Counted from the first letter of the stretch, positions 28,724 through 38,734 are shown. The stretch: 64,000 nucleotides of DNA from a candidate division FCPU426 bacterium (GCA_030621225.1 JAUXIB010000002.1:48-64047); one strand, 5' to 3'. Program-made: numbers and translations. The notes: generated by a model not told the origin, from the letters alone.

Positions 28724-30658
28724 TTAATTTTTACTTTTTACTTCTTTTTGCCGCTGCCAGATAGCCCGCTCTACCGTCTCCAGATTTCTTTCGGTAGTCT
28801 CCCCGGGGTCCAGTTGCACAGCGCGCCGCATCTGAATTAACGCCGCCTCCAGCATTTCACGCTTATAATAATGGTAGCCAAGCGTCAGACGCGGCAGGCT
28901 AAGTTCGCGACGCACGGCCATCGCCGTACTGCCAGCTCTGACCGCGCTAGATCCCCCCAGCGCGCGCTGCCGATATATCTTGATCACCGGCCCAGAATAC
29001 CGGCTGGTTACCCCGCCTATCTCCTTAACCAGCTCGCATTCCTTTTCCAAACCACGATAAAACTCATTCTCGCGCGGGTATTTTTTCGGCCGGCTTTGAA
29101 CCGCTTCATAGATATAACTGGAAATTACAAAATAATCAAAATCGCGGTAAAGCGCCGACTCATAAAAATGTGACGTTTGCGCAGCGTGGTGAGGCCGGAA
29201 AGGAACCCGGTAACCATCATAGACCGGCTGCCGCAGGTAACAGTCCACAACCTCGTCCCGGGCGCCACGGTATCGATAGGTAAGCAATGCCGTCGCCAAA
29301 TCATCATAGGTGCGCAACCGCGGTCCGTAAGCATCGCAAAAAATAATCCTTCCCGCTGCCGCTCTCTTTTCCAGCCAAGCCAGCGCTATCTCCCTGCTGT
29401 CTACCGCCAGGAAACGGCGCAAGACCACCGTAGTCCGCAAGACACCCAATAACAACAGCGCCGCCACCAGCATACCGACAAGCACCCGGGCCCACCCCAA
29501 CTTTCTCACCCGCTTGCCTGTTAATACCAAACCAAGTGCAAGGTAGTAAACCATAAAAGGCAACGCCAGAAGAATAAACTTTTCCTCCACCCTGCTGCCG
29601 TTCAACATCAACAGCACCAGCAAACCAGGAAAAGACGCAAGCACTATATTCTCGCGTGGCCGCAAACGCAATGACCAATAAAAACCGTATCCCATCAACA
29701 GCACCGCCGCCGGGCTGTAATAACCCAGACCACGCGCCAAAAAATAATAATCAAACTTCTCGATCAGCGCAACCGCGGACAGCAGGCCGAAATGCGATCC
29801 CCCGAGCAAGCAACCATCCTCTAGGCAGAAATCCTGCCAGGCGACACGAAAATCCAACAAAAAGTACGGCGAGCTAAGCGCAAAAACAGCCATCGCGGCC
29901 AGCACACCGTAACAATATCGGACTAGCTGGCGGCGGACATCGCTCCGGCCCCGAACGGACAGTAACGCAGCCAGGCCAAAACTCACTAACAACAGCAGCG
30001 GAGAATATTCCGTCGAAACGCTTAAGCCAATAAAAAGGCCGGCAAGCAGGTAATCCCTTACACCACCGCCACGCAGCACTTTAAGAATAAAAAGCATCGA
30101 CGTCAGAGAAAATACCGATGCCAGCGGATAAGCGCGTAAATAGTGGCCGTGTTCAACCGCAGTAGGAGCCAACGCCAGCAGCAAAGATGCCAGAACAGCC
30201 ACACGACCGCCGGCCAGAGCCCCAGCTAACCTATATAGCAACAGAACCACCAGGGAGCCGCAAAACGCCATACTATAACGCGGCAGGAGATAAAACAGCG
30301 AGGGCTCGCAGACATACCGCGCAATGAAATCAGCCGCGCCAGAAAACGCTCCGCTTAGCTTCCCTACACCGTAGAGCAAGGCATATTCCGCAAAATAAAT
30401 ATATGAGGCCAACGAAGGCGAGGAGAAATTATGCGGATTGAAGTCCCAGTGTTCACCATCCCATTTGAAAAAGCCAAAGGCCTGGCGCACCAGAGAAGAT
30501 TCATCAAGCTGATAGGTGTGCGGCAGACCGAAGCCGATACCAATGACGCGCAGGATCAAAGCAAGTAGTACTATAAGCACCCAAGGGCGATCCTTAAGGA
30601 ACCCCAAGGCCCCGAGTACCGTCGCTAGTCGTTTGTCACTTGTCACTTGTCGTTTCAC
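28724..30658 (-). CDS. GT-C fold glycosyltransferase (ArnT/PMT-like, family 39-type) with a C-terminal soluble TPR-like region
   Basis: 644 aa with about 12 TM segments. The first ~13 codons are encoded by a heptad repeat tract, so the true start may be downstream (e.g. TTG 30607). Confidence 0.65.
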   Translation of the reverse strand: MKRQVTSDKRLATVLGALGFLKDRPWVLIVLLALILRVIGIGFGLPHTYQLDESSLVRQAFGFFKWDGEHWDFNPHNFSSPSLASYIYFAEYALLYGVGKLSGAFSGAADFIARYVCEPSLFYLLPRYSMAFCGSLVVLLLYRLAGALAGGRVAVLASLLLALAPTAVEHGHYLRAYPLASVFSLTSMLFILKVLRGGGVRDYLLAGLFIGLSVSTEYSPLLLLVSFGLAALLSVRGRSDVRRQLVRYCYGVLAAMAVFALSSPYFLLDFRVAWQDFCLEDGCLLGGSHFGLLSAVALIEKFDYYFLARGLGYYSPAAVLLMGYGFYWSLRLRPRENIVLASFPGLLVLLMLNGSRVEEKFILLALPFMVYYLALGLVLTGKRVRKLGWARVLVGMLVAALLLLGVLRTTVVLRRFLAVDSREIALAWLEKRAAAGRIIFCDAYGPRLRTYDDLATALLTYRYRGARDEVVDCYLRQPVYDGYRVPFRPHHAAQTSHFYESALYRDFDYFVISSYIYEAVQSRPKKYPRENEFYRGLEKECELVKEIGGVTSRYSGPVIKIYRQRALGGSSAVRAGSTAMAVRRELSLPRLTLGYHYYKREMLEAALIQMRRAVQLDPGETTERNLETVERAIWQRQKEVKSKN

Positions 30659-30693
30659 TAGATACTAGATACCAGATACAAGATACGAAATAC
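30621..30693. repeat. heptad-periodic element (GT start / permease stop spacer)
   Basis: GTCGCTA GTCGTTT GTCACTT GTCACTT GTCGTTT, then TAGATAC TAGATAC CAGATAC AAGATAC GAAATAC. Related in inverted orientation to 9951-9987. Confidence 0.6.
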
Positions 30694-31574
30694 TATCCTT
30701 TTATCCCCGTCAAAGCAATCCCCTTAATAAACGTCCGCTGAGTGAAGAAAAAGAGGACGATCACCGGAGCGACCACCAGAACGGACGCCGCCATTAGCAT
30801 ATGCCACTGCGTACCGCCGTGCTGACTCTGGTAGAATTGCAGTCCCAAAGAGAGGGTGAAGGTTTCCTGCTTGGTAAGAAAAATCAGCGGCGCAAGGAAA
30901 TCGTTCCAGTGATAGATAAAGGTAAAGAGTGTGACCACCGCCAGCACCGGTTTACAGAGAGGTAGAATAATACGCCAAAAGATCACCAGCTCGTTGCAGC
31001 CGTCAATGCGCGCGGCATCGGAAAGGTCATTGGGAATGCCCAAAAAGAACTGCCTGAGCAGGAAAATGTTAAAAGCACTACCAAAAAACGCCGGCGCCCA
31101 AAGCGGCTTGAGACTGCCGATCCACCCCAGTTCACGAAAGACAGCGTAAAGCGGCACCATGATCACCGGGAAGGGGATCATCATCGTAGCCAGGGTAACC
31201 ACGAAGAAGATGTCCCGTCCAGGCCACTTGATACGCGAGAATCCATAAGCCACCAGCGAACAGGAACTCACCGTGCCGATGATCGCCAGGGAACAAACGA
31301 TCAGCGTGTTTAGCGTGTAGCGAAGGAACGGGATATAGTTGACGGCATCCCAGAAATTTTTGAACTGCGGCGGCCAGTATAACCATACCGGAGGTATCTT
31401 CATTGTCTCCGCTATCGGCTTTAATGACGTGGAGACCATCCAGAGCAACGGAAACAGGAAAAGCATAGCCGCGGAGAGCAACACCAAGTGGATGAGCGCA
31501 TGACTTGCCTTACCCCAGCCACGCTTACCCAGACGGCCCCAGGACCTCCCCGGCTTTTTGGACACAACACCCAT
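30693..31574 (-). CDS. carbohydrate ABC transporter permease (MalG-like)
   Basis: 293 aa, 6 TM. EAA-loop DAARIDGCNELVIFWRIILPL. Confidence 0.88.
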   Translation of the reverse strand: MGVVSKKPGRSWGRLGKRGWGKASHALIHLVLLSAAMLFLFPLLWMVSTSLKPIAETMKIPPVWLYWPPQFKNFWDAVNYIPFLRYTLNTLIVCSLAIIGTVSSCSLVAYGFSRIKWPGRDIFFVVTLATMMIPFPVIMVPLYAVFRELGWIGSLKPLWAPAFFGSAFNIFLLRQFFLGIPNDLSDAARIDGCNELVIFWRIILPLCKPVLAVVTLFTFIYHWNDFLAPLIFLTKQETFTLSLGLQFYQSQHGGTQWHMLMAASVLVVAPVIVLFFFTQRTFIKGIALTGIKG

Positions 31575-31576
31575 GC

Positions 31577-32458
31577 TCAGCCTCCCTCGTAATAGATGTA
31601 TTTGCGCGATATCCTGGTAGCAACCAGTGTAAGGAGCAAAATAATGATAAACAGTATCCAGGCCATAGCGCTGGCATAGCCCATGCGCAGATAACGGAAT
31701 CCGTTGTCATACAAATACATCGTATAGAACAGTGTAGCGCGCGCCGGCCCTCCACCGGTCATAATATAGGGCTGGGCGAAAATCTGCAGGGTGCCGATGA
31801 TGCCCATGATCAGGTTAAAATAAATCACAGGCGAGATCATCGGCAATGTTATGTGGCGCGCCTTGTGCCACCAGGAGGCGCCGTCTAATTCCGCCGCTTC
31901 GTAAAGCACCTGGGGTACGTCCTGCAAAGAAGCCAGGTAAATGACCACCATGTGTCCTACCCCCCAAAAACTCATAATAATCAGGGCCGGCATGGCCCAG
32001 TTTTTCTCCGCCAACCAATTCGGACCTTCTATACCCAGCTTGGAAAGGGCAAAGTTTAAAACACCATACTCGCCGTTAAAGATCCAGAGCCAAAGTATAG
32101 CCAGGGCAACTACCGGCAATAACGAGGGCAGAAAAAAGATGGTCCGGTATATAGTCACGCCACGGACTTTAACCGTAAGCAACATCGCCAGCGTCACCGA
32201 GATCGCTATCCCTAAAGGCAAGGCAAAAACAGCGTAGTAGAACGTGTTTAGAACCGAACCCCAAAATACCGAATCCGTAAAAAGGTCGAAGTAATTACCC
32301 AGCCCGATAAACTTGGGCTCGCTGAGCACGCTATAATAGCAGAAGCTATAATACAAAGAAGCTAACACCGGATAGAGCACAAACATCAACATGCCCATAA
32401 TCCAGGGGGAGACGAACAGGAGCCCGTAAAACAGTTCTCGTTTCTGCCTCAAGGTCAT
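31577..32458 (-). CDS. carbohydrate ABC transporter permease (MalF-like)
   Basis: EAA-loop EAAELDGASWWHKARHITLPM. ATG 32458 chosen; the track start 32497 is a GTG 13 codons upstream. Confidence 0.85.
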   Translation of the reverse strand: MTLRQKRELFYGLLFVSPWIMGMLMFVLYPVLASLYYSFCYYSVLSEPKFIGLGNYFDLFTDSVFWGSVLNTFYYAVFALPLGIAISVTLAMLLTVKVRGVTIYRTIFFLPSLLPVVALAILWLWIFNGEYGVLNFALSKLGIEGPNWLAEKNWAMPALIIMSFWGVGHMVVIYLASLQDVPQVLYEAAELDGASWWHKARHITLPMISPVIYFNLIMGIIGTLQIFAQPYIMTGGGPARATLFYTMYLYDNGFRYLRMGYASAMAWILFIIILLLTLVATRISRKYIYYEGG

Positions 32459-32723
32459 ATGCGTTTCATTCGTTACAAAATAAAGTCTTTTCACCACAGA
32501 GTCACGGAGAACACAGAGGAAAGACTTTTAGAGTTTTATCCTTTCTGAATTCATCCAATCCCCATAACACCCTTACATGTCAACTACCCTGCCTACCCAC
32601 CATAGCCCATTCACCTTTAAGCGCCCCGCTGAAACCAACAATTGCTCCCCTCATTGCGGAGAGAGCTTCTCGTCGTTATCCAGAAAGCGCTCTCTCAAGT
32701 CGTTCCTCCGTTAGCTCCATAAC

Positions 32724-34067
32724 TCAATTGTCTTTCAATAATCTCGCCTTGCGGCGCAACTCACGGTCATAGCTCTTCTGCAGGCGCCGCTTGGCAGTCC
32801 CCAATATCTCCGCCGCGGTTCCCTCTTGCAGCCATATCCGGTCAAAAGCCACCCGCATCTCATCGTCATACTCGTTCCAGATACCGATAGCTAACGAACG
32901 TTTGGCATTCGGGTTCTTAGCCAGCTCGATAAACATCTCTATATAAGGGTTAGGGTGCTGCTCCAGAAACTCCTTGCTTACTTTTCTCAACGGAGTATGC
33001 TTGCGCTGGCCCATACAAAGAAGCTCCATCCCCGCCTGCGTATTTACATACTTTATAAATTCAAACGCCTCGCGCGGATGCCGGGAGCCGCTGGGAATAA
33101 CCAACACGTCCGCCTCGCAGATAGAAGTCCCGTATAAATCGGAGCTGCTGGTAGGGAAAGGGGCCGCACCCCACTCCAGATCCGGCGCATACATATCGAT
33201 AAAGTTATACATCCATACCCCTTGTAACACCATTGCTACCTGCTCAGACAAAAACGGGTTTTGCGGGGAAGAGAAATTACCAAACCCCGAACGAAAGGTC
33301 TGCAACTCCTTGAGCCCATATCCCCTGCTGTACTTTTGCACCCACTCGTAGGCAATTATATTGCGCGAGTCATCAGGGGTTACGGTATCACCACCGTCCC
33401 AAAGCTCCCCGCCAAAAAACAGCCCCCAGGCCCAATTCCACCAGCCCGGCCAGATGGGCAAAAAGCCTACCTGCACGATTTTACCGACCTCGTCCCGTAC
33501 CGTCAGTTTCTTCGCATAATAGTCCAGCTCCTCTATCGTGCGTGGCGGCCGTTCCGGGTCCAACCCTGCTTCACGGAACATGCGCTTGTTCCAATGCAAG
33601 CCGATGGAGGCCGGGGTGGTAGGCAACGCATACACCTTTCCTGCCGCCAAGCAAAGCCGCCAGTAAGCGGGAATATAATCTTCTGCCTTGATACCCGCCT
33701 GCTTGATAAAATCGTCCAAGGGCATAAGCGCGTTCAATTCGGCGTAGTTATAAACGTTAAAGGAAAATAATCCGGCAATATCAGGCGGATCTCCGCCAGC
33801 GGTGGCCACCAACACCTTGCGGTCTATCTGGCTGACCGTGGTCAGCTCAACAAAGATATCGTTCTGAATGGTATTAAAGCGATCCACCACCGCTACCATT
33901 GCCTCTCCCTCAAAACCGGTCCACTTCTCCCAGTATTGAACAGTCACCGGACCATCCGCAACGGGGGTGTCGCCGCCGCATCCCGTAAAGAGCAGACCAA
34001 AACCCAAGAAAGGCACTATCCACAGATTACGCAGATTGTTTTTTGCTGCTTGTTGCTTTGGCTTCAT
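32724..34067 (-). CDS. ABC transporter extracellular solute-binding lipoprotein (sugar type)
   Basis: Start at ATG 34067 gives MKPKQQAAKNNLRNLWIVPFLGFGLLFTGC with a lipobox. Family-1 SBP-like sequence next to the two permeases. No ATPase gene is in the operon. Confidence 0.85.
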   Translation of the reverse strand: MKPKQQAAKNNLRNLWIVPFLGFGLLFTGCGGDTPVADGPVTVQYWEKWTGFEGEAMVAVVDRFNTIQNDIFVELTTVSQIDRKVLVATAGGDPPDIAGLFSFNVYNYAELNALMPLDDFIKQAGIKAEDYIPAYWRLCLAAGKVYALPTTPASIGLHWNKRMFREAGLDPERPPRTIEELDYYAKKLTVRDEVGKIVQVGFLPIWPGWWNWAWGLFFGGELWDGGDTVTPDDSRNIIAYEWVQKYSRGYGLKELQTFRSGFGNFSSPQNPFLSEQVAMVLQGVWMYNFIDMYAPDLEWGAAPFPTSSSDLYGTSICEADVLVIPSGSRHPREAFEFIKYVNTQAGMELLCMGQRKHTPLRKVSKEFLEQHPNPYIEMFIELAKNPNAKRSLAIGIWNEYDDEMRVAFDRIWLQEGTAAEILGTAKRRLQKSYDRELRRKARLLKDN

Positions 34068-34178
34068 TAGTAATCCATCTACAGGTCTATCGTAACCCCT
34101 GCCTGCCTTACGTAACCCTCCGACTGCCTGTCGGTAGACATGCGTGGAGGAGCCCCCAGACATTGCCTGCTTACACCT

Positions 34179-35072
34179 TCACACCAGATGCTTGGCAAAG
34201 AACCCCGCCAACTTCTCATATACTTCCTGCTTATCGTAATCAAGCGTTAAAACGTGGTCGGAATTATCGAAATGGACCAGTTCCCTGTCCGGCGAGCCGG
34301 TCTTCTTATATATCAGCCTGGCGCCGCGTTGCGAAACAGTCCCATCACCACGCGATTGCATCACGAGAATAGGCTGCCTGACGCCCGGCAGCATCCGCCG
34401 CAACGCAGCGATACCATCCAGAACGGTCAACAGCGCCCGCATCGAGAGGAAGCGGCAGGCGACATGTTCCGCCAGCGCCTGCTTGTCCCGCAACCTACCC
34501 AACTCGGCCTTACGCGTAAAGCGAATCAACCGACCAAGCAACCTGACCCACACCTCCGAGGGCAACAGATGATACCACGAATAGCGGACATATATAAAAG
34601 GATTAAGAACCGCCACAGCCGCCAGCCCTGGTTCTTCTGCCGCCAGACGCAATGAAAGTGCCGCACCCATAGAGAGCCCGGCCACACCCACCTTCGTACA
34701 ACGGCCGCTAAGTTCCGCGTATCCCCGCCTGACCCTGGCAAAGTAATCTTGCCAGCCGCTCTTTTCCATCTGATAGACGCTGCTGCCATGGCCGGGCAAA
34801 GCTACTCCCTTAACGGTATATCCTTTCGCGTTCAAGTATTCCCCCAGGCCACGCATCTCGCGGCAAGTCCCGCCGAACCCGTGCACGAGGAGCACTCCAA
34901 CCTTCCCGCCCTTGAACTCGAAGGGCTCGGCACTCTTGAGCGATCCTGTGACCGCATCGCGCGCCTCAAGCGCTTCATCCCGCTTGATCAAACGATAGAT
35001 GATCATCCGGTAAGCGATAAAACCCACCGTTACAATCAGCAAGACAGACAATATCATCATCACAAGAAACAT
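34179..35072 (-). CDS. alpha/beta hydrolase (lysophospholipase/esterase-like) with an N-terminal TM anchor
   Basis: HGFGG oxyanion motif, nucleophile elbow GLSMGA, C-terminal DH catalytic pair region. Confidence 0.8.
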   Translation of the reverse strand: MFLVMMILSVLLIVTVGFIAYRMIIYRLIKRDEALEARDAVTGSLKSAEPFEFKGGKVGVLLVHGFGGTCREMRGLGEYLNAKGYTVKGVALPGHGSSVYQMEKSGWQDYFARVRRGYAELSGRCTKVGVAGLSMGAALSLRLAAEEPGLAAVAVLNPFIYVRYSWYHLLPSEVWVRLLGRLIRFTRKAELGRLRDKQALAEHVACRFLSMRALLTVLDGIAALRRMLPGVRQPILVMQSRGDGTVSQRGARLIYKKTGSPDRELVHFDNSDHVLTLDYDKQEVYEKLAGFFAKHLV

Positions 35073-35283
35073 AGCTGCTCCAATCCATGTATTTAATTTT
35101 ATATTCTACCACACGGCTAGCAACTACGCATATGCCTTCCTTGGGATGTTGTTATTTTGCTGGCCATGCTTAGTGTTTGCGGGTTATACAAGCTATCTGC
35201 AGAAAACAAGAAGATAATTCCTTACATCGGCAGCATGGACACCTGATTAACTAAGGGTAATTGATTCTTTTAGTGTTTTTTTC

Positions 35284-35312
35284 TTGACAACTCCTTACCA
35301 TTCGAGCACAAT
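35284..35312 (+). promoter_or_regulatory. sigma70-type promoter TTGACA-17-CACAAT for the CsgG-like cluster
   Basis: TTGACA at 35284-35289, 17-nt spacer, CACAAT at 35307-35312. Leaves a ~140-nt leader before ATG 35456. Confidence 0.45.
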
Positions 35313-35455
35313 GCACGGCACAGCAGAAGTAGAGTGGGCGAGGTAAGTATTCTGATACGATTTGCGTGCGGGCATATCATCCACTCTCGCGTTGTTGTTG
35401 CTGTCCACGTTATCCGCAAACAATGATTCTTGTCAGTTAAAAACACGGAGGAATT

Positions 35456-36073
35456 ATGAAAAAGCTCTGCTCGGTTGCGCTCATTCTACTTTTTACGGGT
35501 TGCGCTGGACACCAAGTGATATTTAATAATCAGGATTTCACCAAGCCGCTCAAGGTAGCCGTTCTGCCCTTTGCCAATGAAACCAACGATATTCCCGCGG
35601 GTGAGTTGTTTAGGTTGTTGTTTGAACTAGGCCTGAAAGAAAAGGGCTTTAAGGTAATGGATCAAAACAAAGTGGACAAGAAACTGCAGGAAATAGGAAT
35701 AACCGATGGTGGACAGTTAACTGCCGTAAAGCAGAAAGACCTGATGAAAGCACTGGGCACCAAGAGCCTGGTCTACGGCACCCTGAAAAAATGCAACTAT
35801 GTCACCACCGGCCTATTTAAGAAAAAGGAAGCCACCGGGAATGTTCAAGTGTACCACAACGGGGAGAAATTTTTTGAGGATGAACGGACACTCTCGCAGA
35901 AAGAATTTCGACTGGATCCAACCAAGGCTATCAAGGAGCAAATGACCGATAAGTTCTTCGAGAAAGCACTGGCAAAGTATAAAGGGCATCCCTTCTATAT
36001 ACACATAGAGTCAGTAGTATATCAACTACAGGACAAGATGCCGGGACACAGGGAAGAGAAATCGGGATGGTAG
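35456..36073 (+). CDS. lipoprotein, DUF799/GNA1162-like (CsgG-system accessory type)
   Basis: Lipobox LFTGC. KVAVLPFANETNDIPAGELFRLLF...KGFKVMD resembles the DUF799 pattern. SD ACGGAGG. Confidence 0.55.
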   Translation: MKKLCSVALILLFTGCAGHQVIFNNQDFTKPLKVAVLPFANETNDIPAGELFRLLFELGLKEKGFKVMDQNKVDKKLQEIGITDGGQLTAVKQKDLMKALGTKSLVYGTLKKCNYVTTGLFKKKEATGNVQVYHNGEKFFEDERTLSQKEFRLDPTKAIKEQMTDKFFEKALAKYKGHPFYIHIESVVYQLQDKMPGHREEKSGW

Positions 36074-36182
36074 AATAAAGAGCACGCGTTCGCAAGAAAG
36101 GAGGTGTGATAGGTCCAATAAAATAGATGCTATCTGTCAATTATATGTTCCATTAAGCAGTTAACATTTAAGGAGGCGAAAA

Positions 36183-36734
36183 ATGCGAAAAAAGGTAATT
36201 CTAAGCGTTTGTTTAGCAGGACTTCTATGTTGCTTCTCTTTCAGCGGAATGGCCAAGGACAAGGCCAAGACAGGTCTGGTTGCCTCGCCCGGCTTCTGGG
36301 GGCCGGCTATCGGCCTCAGAAGCTGGCTGACCCCTGTGTTTGGTGTAGAAGGCAGGGTTGGTCTCAACTGGGGATTCAGCGATTACGACATCAAGGGAAA
36401 AGTAATGTATGCCTTCAAAACCACCACCATCAGATGGTACGGTGTCGGTGCCCTGGGACGCATGACTATGAGTGGTGATATAAGCGTGTTTGGCATGACC
36501 TCCACGTGGGAAGGAAGCACCACCACCATAGCCATCGGCATCGGAGGAGAAAAACTCTACGGAATCCAGAAAAACCATGGTTTGTCCCTCGAGGTCGGCT
36601 ATCAGATGGGCAAAATAAAATATGATTTTAAGACCACCTACAAGGACTTTTGGGGGAACACTCAAACAACCACTACAAAAGGTGAATACTCGTCCCCAAT
36701 CTATTTGGCCGCAGGCTACGCCTTTTACTTCTAA
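36183..36734 (+). CDS. small outer-membrane beta-barrel protein
   Basis: 183 aa with a signal peptide, alternating strands and a C-terminal AAGYAFYF beta-signal. SD AAGGAGG. Confidence 0.6.
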   Translation: MRKKVILSVCLAGLLCCFSFSGMAKDKAKTGLVASPGFWGPAIGLRSWLTPVFGVEGRVGLNWGFSDYDIKGKVMYAFKTTTIRWYGVGALGRMTMSGDISVFGMTSTWEGSTTTIAIGIGGEKLYGIQKNHGLSLEVGYQMGKIKYDFKTTYKDFWGNTQTTTTKGEYSSPIYLAAGYAFYF

Positions 36735-36842
36735 TAGCTCGCAACCAGACTCAAGAACTTGCAGAGGGCCACGATTAACGTGGTCCTCTGCTGTACAGGG
36801 AGGAGCGCGACCCGCGCTCCCGGCTTTCAAAGAGGAGGCATT

Positions 36843-37787
36843 ATGTTGAAAAACGGAAGATTACTTGGTCAGCTTCTCCTCTTGCCCCTCTTGTGGGGGT
36901 GTGCTGTCTCTGCCGTCCAGCAGAAACAAGCCACGAACTACAAGGAGACGGAGGAGTTCTATGCCAAGTTCACTGGCCCCAAGAGAAAGGTGGCGGTCAT
37001 TGATTTTGTAAACAAGACGAAATACGCCACGGGAAGACTGGGCAACTCGGCATCGGACATCATGGTGACCGAATTAGGCAAGACGGACAAATTTATCCTT
37101 ATCGAGAGGGAACAGCTGGCAAAGATCCTGAAGGAGCAGAAGCTGAGCATGACAGGCGCCATTGACGCCGCTACCGCCATCCAGGCGGGCAAGCTCCTGG
37201 GAGTTGACGCGATGGTCACCGGCAGCGTCTCGCAGTTCGGGGTAAAAAGTGTTACCTCAGAGGCAATATTCTCACAGAGCAAAAAACAGGTCGCCGAGGC
37301 AGTAGTGGACGTGCGCCTGATAGACGTGGAGACAGGGCAGATTCTCTACACCGACTCGGGCAAGGGCATTGCTTCCACAACCACCGGCACCTTCCTCGGG
37401 ATAGGCAAGTCCGGCGGTTATGACGAAACCCTAGAGGGCGAGGCCCTGCGTGCGGCCGTCGTTCAATTTGTCCGCAATATCGTCTCCCAGATTAACGAAA
37501 AGCCATGGTCATGCCATATCGCCGAAGTGGCCGGAACGAGTATCTATCTTGATGCAGGGAAAGAATCGGGGCTGGACCTCGGTCAAGAATTAACCGTGTT
37601 CCGCCTGGGCAAGGTAATCAAAAGCCCCAGCACGGGTATGGTCATCGGACGTATCGAGAATGAAATCGGTAGGGTAAAGGTCAATAAGTACTTTAGCGCA
37701 AACGGAGCCATAGCCAAAGTACTCAGTAAGAATAAAACCATCAAGGCTGGTGACCTCTGCCACTTAGTTGAAACGGCGACGGAATAG
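36843..37787 (+). CDS. CsgG-family outer-membrane lipoprotein with an extra C-terminal beta domain
   Basis: Lipobox LLWGC. KVAVIDFVNKTKYATGRLGNSASDIMVTELGKTDKFILIEREQLAKILKEQKL is the CsgG core. ATG 36843 is preceded by AGAGGAGG; the track start 36759 is discarded. Confidence 0.8.
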   Translation: MLKNGRLLGQLLLLPLLWGCAVSAVQQKQATNYKETEEFYAKFTGPKRKVAVIDFVNKTKYATGRLGNSASDIMVTELGKTDKFILIEREQLAKILKEQKLSMTGAIDAATAIQAGKLLGVDAMVTGSVSQFGVKSVTSEAIFSQSKKQVAEAVVDVRLIDVETGQILYTDSGKGIASTTTGTFLGIGKSGGYDETLEGEALRAAVVQFVRNIVSQINEKPWSCHIAEVAGTSIYLDAGKESGLDLGQELTVFRLGKVIKSPSTGMVIGRIENEIGRVKVNKYFSANGAIAKVLSKNKTIKAGDLCHLVETATE

Positions 37788-37824
37788 TGCTCTTATGGCT
37801 TTATATTAGCTGCTACGATAAAAA

Positions 37825-37857
37825 GGGATGGTCTTTTTACAAGACCATCCCTTTTTT
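37825..37857 (+). terminator. rho-independent terminator
   Basis: GGGATGGTCTT-TTTAC-AAGACCATCCC followed by TTTTTT. Confidence 0.8.
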
Positions 37858-37955
37858 ATGCCGAGGTTCTCAAATAATATCTCACTCCACAAATACACAT
37901 TGACTATTCCTCATAAAAAGCATAAGCTTCTACCAACTATAAAAAGGAGAAAAAA

Positions 37956-38663
37956 ATGAAGAAAGTTGTAATTATGACTGTGTTAGCGCTGACTCTGGCG
38001 CCACTCACCGCGCTAGCGGGGATGGGCGTCTACGTGCACGGCGGCTACCTGAAACCAAACATCGAGATCCCGGTGCTTAACGCCGGCAGTTACAGCACGG
38101 TAGTAGGCGTTCAACCCGGTGGTTTCGAGCTGAAAGAACTGGGTGGCATCGCCTTTGGCGGAGGGATCGAACTGCCGCTGGCACCTATGTTCAGCACCGG
38201 GCTTGATGTCTCCTACTATACTGAAACGATCGAAGGAGGCTTCAACGGTTCCGGCACTTATCTATCGCTTCCTTTTACCTACGATGTAAAGAGCTCGACC
38301 AAGGTCACATTAATCCCGGTGCTGGCCACACTAACGGTGCGCCCGCCAATGGGCAAAGTAAGCGCCTACGCGCGTCTCGGCGCCGGCCTGGTGAGTTACA
38401 AGGAAGAAACCACTGTCTCGGTATCCGCGTCCATCCCCAGTATACCTACCTTCGGCGGCGCCGGAGCTTTGCCCGGAGTAAGCGAGAGCGGTTACGGAGT
38501 ACTCCTTAGCGGCGGCTTGTCAATGAAGCTCGTACCAACGCTAAGCGTTTTCGCCGAGGGCGGCTACTTGCTCACCGGCGTCAAGTATGCTACGATCCTG
38601 GGCGGCGAGAATACCGTAAGTGGCGTCCAGGCCAAGGTAGGGCTCAGGTTCAGCGTACTTTAA
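37956..38663 (+). CDS. outer-membrane beta-barrel protein (OmpW/OMP_b-brl-like)
   Basis: 235 aa. Signal peptide ...LTALA, Gly/aromatic-rich alternating strands, terminal ...GLRFSVL. SD AAAGGAG. Confidence 0.6.
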   Translation: MKKVVIMTVLALTLAPLTALAGMGVYVHGGYLKPNIEIPVLNAGSYSTVVGVQPGGFELKELGGIAFGGGIELPLAPMFSTGLDVSYYTETIEGGFNGSGTYLSLPFTYDVKSSTKVTLIPVLATLTVRPPMGKVSAYARLGAGLVSYKEETTVSVSASIPSIPTFGGAGALPGVSESGYGVLLSGGLSMKLVPTLSVFAEGGYLLTGVKYATILGGENTVSGVQAKVGLRFSVL

Positions 38664-38705
38664 ACGGGCACACCAATAGACATGGAATATTGTTATTAGC
38701 AAAAA

Positions 38706-38734
38706 GGCCGCGGCATAAGCCGCGGCCTTTTTTT
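38706..38734 (+). terminator. rho-independent terminator (A-tract upstream, so potentially bidirectional)
   Basis: GGCCGCGGC-ATAA-GCCGCGGCC followed by TTTTTTT and preceded by AAAAA. Confidence 0.85.

Noticed and set aside
34021-34040. Repeat-word sequence CACAGATTACGCAGATT inside the solute-binding protein's predicted signal peptide (encodes NLRNLW), suggesting a mis-called start.
   Set aside because: The ATG 34067 start yields a normal n-region, h-region and lipobox (LFTGC), so the coding call is kept. The resemblance to the intergenic word repeats is noted but does not overturn it.
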